From: Tricharina praecox
Lineage: Eukaryota
Assembly: GCF_024521635.1 (NCBI RefSeq)
Contig: NW_026250422.1
Span: 620,001-684,000, forward strand
DNA length: 64,000 nucleotides
Reading direction: 5' to 3'
A program made the position numbers and the translations under genes. Shown here piece by piece: positions 61,682-64,000 of this stretch (its first letter is position 1; the number at the start of each line of letters is the position of its first letter). The notes below the pieces were generated by a model. It did not search any database, was not told the DNA's origin, and saw nothing but the letters and a program-made list of their open reading frames with translations.

Positions 61682-62905
61682 CTACAAGATGACGCACGAG
61701 CGCTTCTCCTTCGCGCCCTTCGCATTAGCACTCAGGGCGACGCGGGCGGCCTCCGTGAAAGCCTCGTTAACCCCACGGTTCATCTTCGCCGAGCACTCGA
61801 GATATCGCAGTGCCTGTCACCGTCGTCCGAATCAGTTCCAGTTCCTGCGCTTCCACTACTCCCGTAGCTAAGTGGGAGGACGGGGGGAGGGGGTTACCTT
61901 GATCTTCTGTGCTACCTGCAGCCCCTCGTGGTACTGAATAAACCCTCCCGGAATCTCGCGCGCGCTGCCTACCGCCTCGTCACCGGCCTCTCGGAGATCA
62001 CACTTCAGCGCCACCAGCACCAGCTTCACGCCCTGACAGTTGTCGGCGATCTCGCCGACCCATTTGCTTTCCACGTTCTCTAGCGAGTCGCGAGAGTCCA
62101 CCTTTCCATCCATCTGTTAGCGACTGAGTGAGGGGGGAGGTGGCTAGGGAAGAGGAGGAGGAACAGGGGGGCACAAACAGAGAAACATAGCATGATCGTG
62201 TGCGTATCGCTGTAGCTCAGTGACCGTAGGCGATCAAACTCCTCCTGGCCGGCGGTATCCCACAACGACAGTTCGATGTGCGTGTTGTCGACGTAAACAT
62301 CGTGAACGTAGTTCTCTAGTGGCAGTGTTAGTGCGCGCTCTCTCTCTCTCACCCTCTCGAGCTCGAGAGGGCTGAGGGGGACAAAGGAGGGGCTACCAAA
62401 AACAGTCGGCTCGTAGACTTGCGGGAAATATCTGTTCACGCTCACGCGCGTCAGTCGCGATGGATGGGCAAGGGCAAGGCGGATGCCGAGGGAGGGGAGG
62501 ACGCGTCACGCACCCCCGCGTGAAAACATTCAGCAGCGAAGTCTTGCCGCACGCTCCATCACCTATTCACGGTCAGTGTCCTTGCTCGGTCATGTGCGGT
62601 GCAGTGCACTGGCTGCGCGTGCGCGGGGCGAGAGGGGGCCCGTACCGAGCAGAACTATCTTCCGTTGTGTGGTCTTTCGGCGGCGCATTACAGTTAGTTA
62701 GCCTTGTGTGATTCGATCGATCGTTTGTTCGTTTATTCGTTCGTGGATTGTGGATTGTGTGAATGTGTATGTAAAGGAGAGTGGGTGGGTGGGTAACGGA
62801 GGAAGGGGGGATGGTGGTTGGCAGGCAGGCAGGCAGGTAGGTGCACGGCGGGTAGTTATGGAAATGGTTGGGGGAGGGAACCTTGTTTGAGCCGCAGAGG
62901 GGCAT
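61682..62905 (-). CDS. RHO3: Rho3 small GTPase; 6 introns
   Basis: MPLCG N-terminus, [60 protein letters not shown] box. Confidence 0.95.
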
Positions 62906-64000
62906 GGTGAGCGGCGGCGGTGTCGGCGTCGGTGTCGACGCGTGGTGCAGGGATGACGATTGGTTGGTTAGTTGGATGGATTGGTGGGCGGTGATGGGGC
63001 GCTGCTAGGAGGGCGGGCGGCGACGACGACGACGGATGGGGACGCGAAGGAGAATGGCGAGGAAGGAGGAAGGGGGAGTGGTGTTCTTCTTCGGATTGAA
63101 GAAAGCACACGACAACGAAAGTCATAAAAGTCTCACTCTATTCTCAATTCACCCCTTTGACGCCGACGACAGTTGCTGTTACTGTACCTACTCTACTTAC
63201 GTGCATCTCATGGTCTATGATATCCCGTGTCTGTTAAACATCGCGAATGAGAAGTGACGAGACTCGGGAGGCTGGTAGGCATGTGCTCTAGGCAGCTCGG
63301 AGCTGGCCCCTGAATGCTGGGATGAGCTAGATGGGTATCGATATCTCGACCGACGACCACACGTCGGAGCATGTTTTTTGAGGGGCCGCACTGAGCACTG
63401 TTGAAGCGCCGATAGTTGGGTGTTCTCGAAACCATCACTGATGTCCGATGTCCATGTCTGTCTGTTCCAATAATAGACGCTGGTTGAAGGTACCTGTACT
63501 AGTATCGTGTGTATACCTTCGGGAGACCAATGCCCTCCGGAGTCCGCAGACCGAAAACCGCCAGGCACAACTTCGTGTGTCTATATCGCCTTCGCTAATA
63601 AAATCTCATGACAGCACTCCGGGGCGCAGGCAGCGCAAGGCGTCCCCCATGCTCGTGAAGTCCGCCGTGCAAAATATGCCGATACAGTCATCTTCATCTT
63701 CAGCCCGGGGCTGCATACCTCGGTCATGATATATAACCTGCTGAGCGATACGATGGTTATCCTCACCGCATGTAAATGGTAAGTAATCCCGAGGTCCAAC
63801 TTCTAATATACGAACAAGTATCTAGCACCAGGTATCATGATGGACACAACGAGCCCCTTACAAAAGAAACCCGTAGAGAGGATAGAATACAACCATTCCC
63901 CCGCAAGCCACCAGACAAACATCCGCCCTCCGCTCCGCTCATCGAAAGCCCATCGAAACATTAAGTATGAGTAAAACAACAGCCATGGCAAACAGCAAGG

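Noticed and set aside
19948..62905. Functional cluster of secretory/ER genes (EMC10, GPR89, RING ligase, hacA, rho3)
   Set aside because: Widely spaced and interleaved with unrelated genes; no shared motif found

Overview
Intron-rich filamentous ascomycete DNA (short GT-AG introns with CTRAC branch points, microsatellite-rich spacers; Pezizomycotina, possibly Pezizomycetes, which is inference). Sixteen genes were assembled by hand from the ORF track plus splice signals: ADE16/17 (3' end), HGH1, succinyl-CoA ligase beta, a DUF3245-like protein, an Sfl1-like HSF factor, a Clr5-domain/ankyrin protein, EMC10, a rhodanese-PTP phosphatase, a conserved hypothetical protein, a Cid1/CutA-type uridylyltransferase, GPR89/GPHR, enoyl-CoA hydratase, a GCIP-like protein, a membrane RING-H2 ligase, hacA and rho3. 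The clearest hidden layer is RNA-level control of hacA: a 20-nt Ire1-type intron (59685-59704), a dual-coded 3' region and a uORF. This system is known, not new. The best candidates for undescribed biology are two small genes: a probable two-helix membrane microprotein at 30652 inside a 10-kb gene desert, and a spliced Cys-motif ORF between ADE17 and HGH1. Also notable are an atypical GC splice donor and a uORF cluster on the phosphatase. No tRNA, rRNA, CRISPR array or intact transposon was recognised, and no new multi-gene system is supported. No database searches were run.
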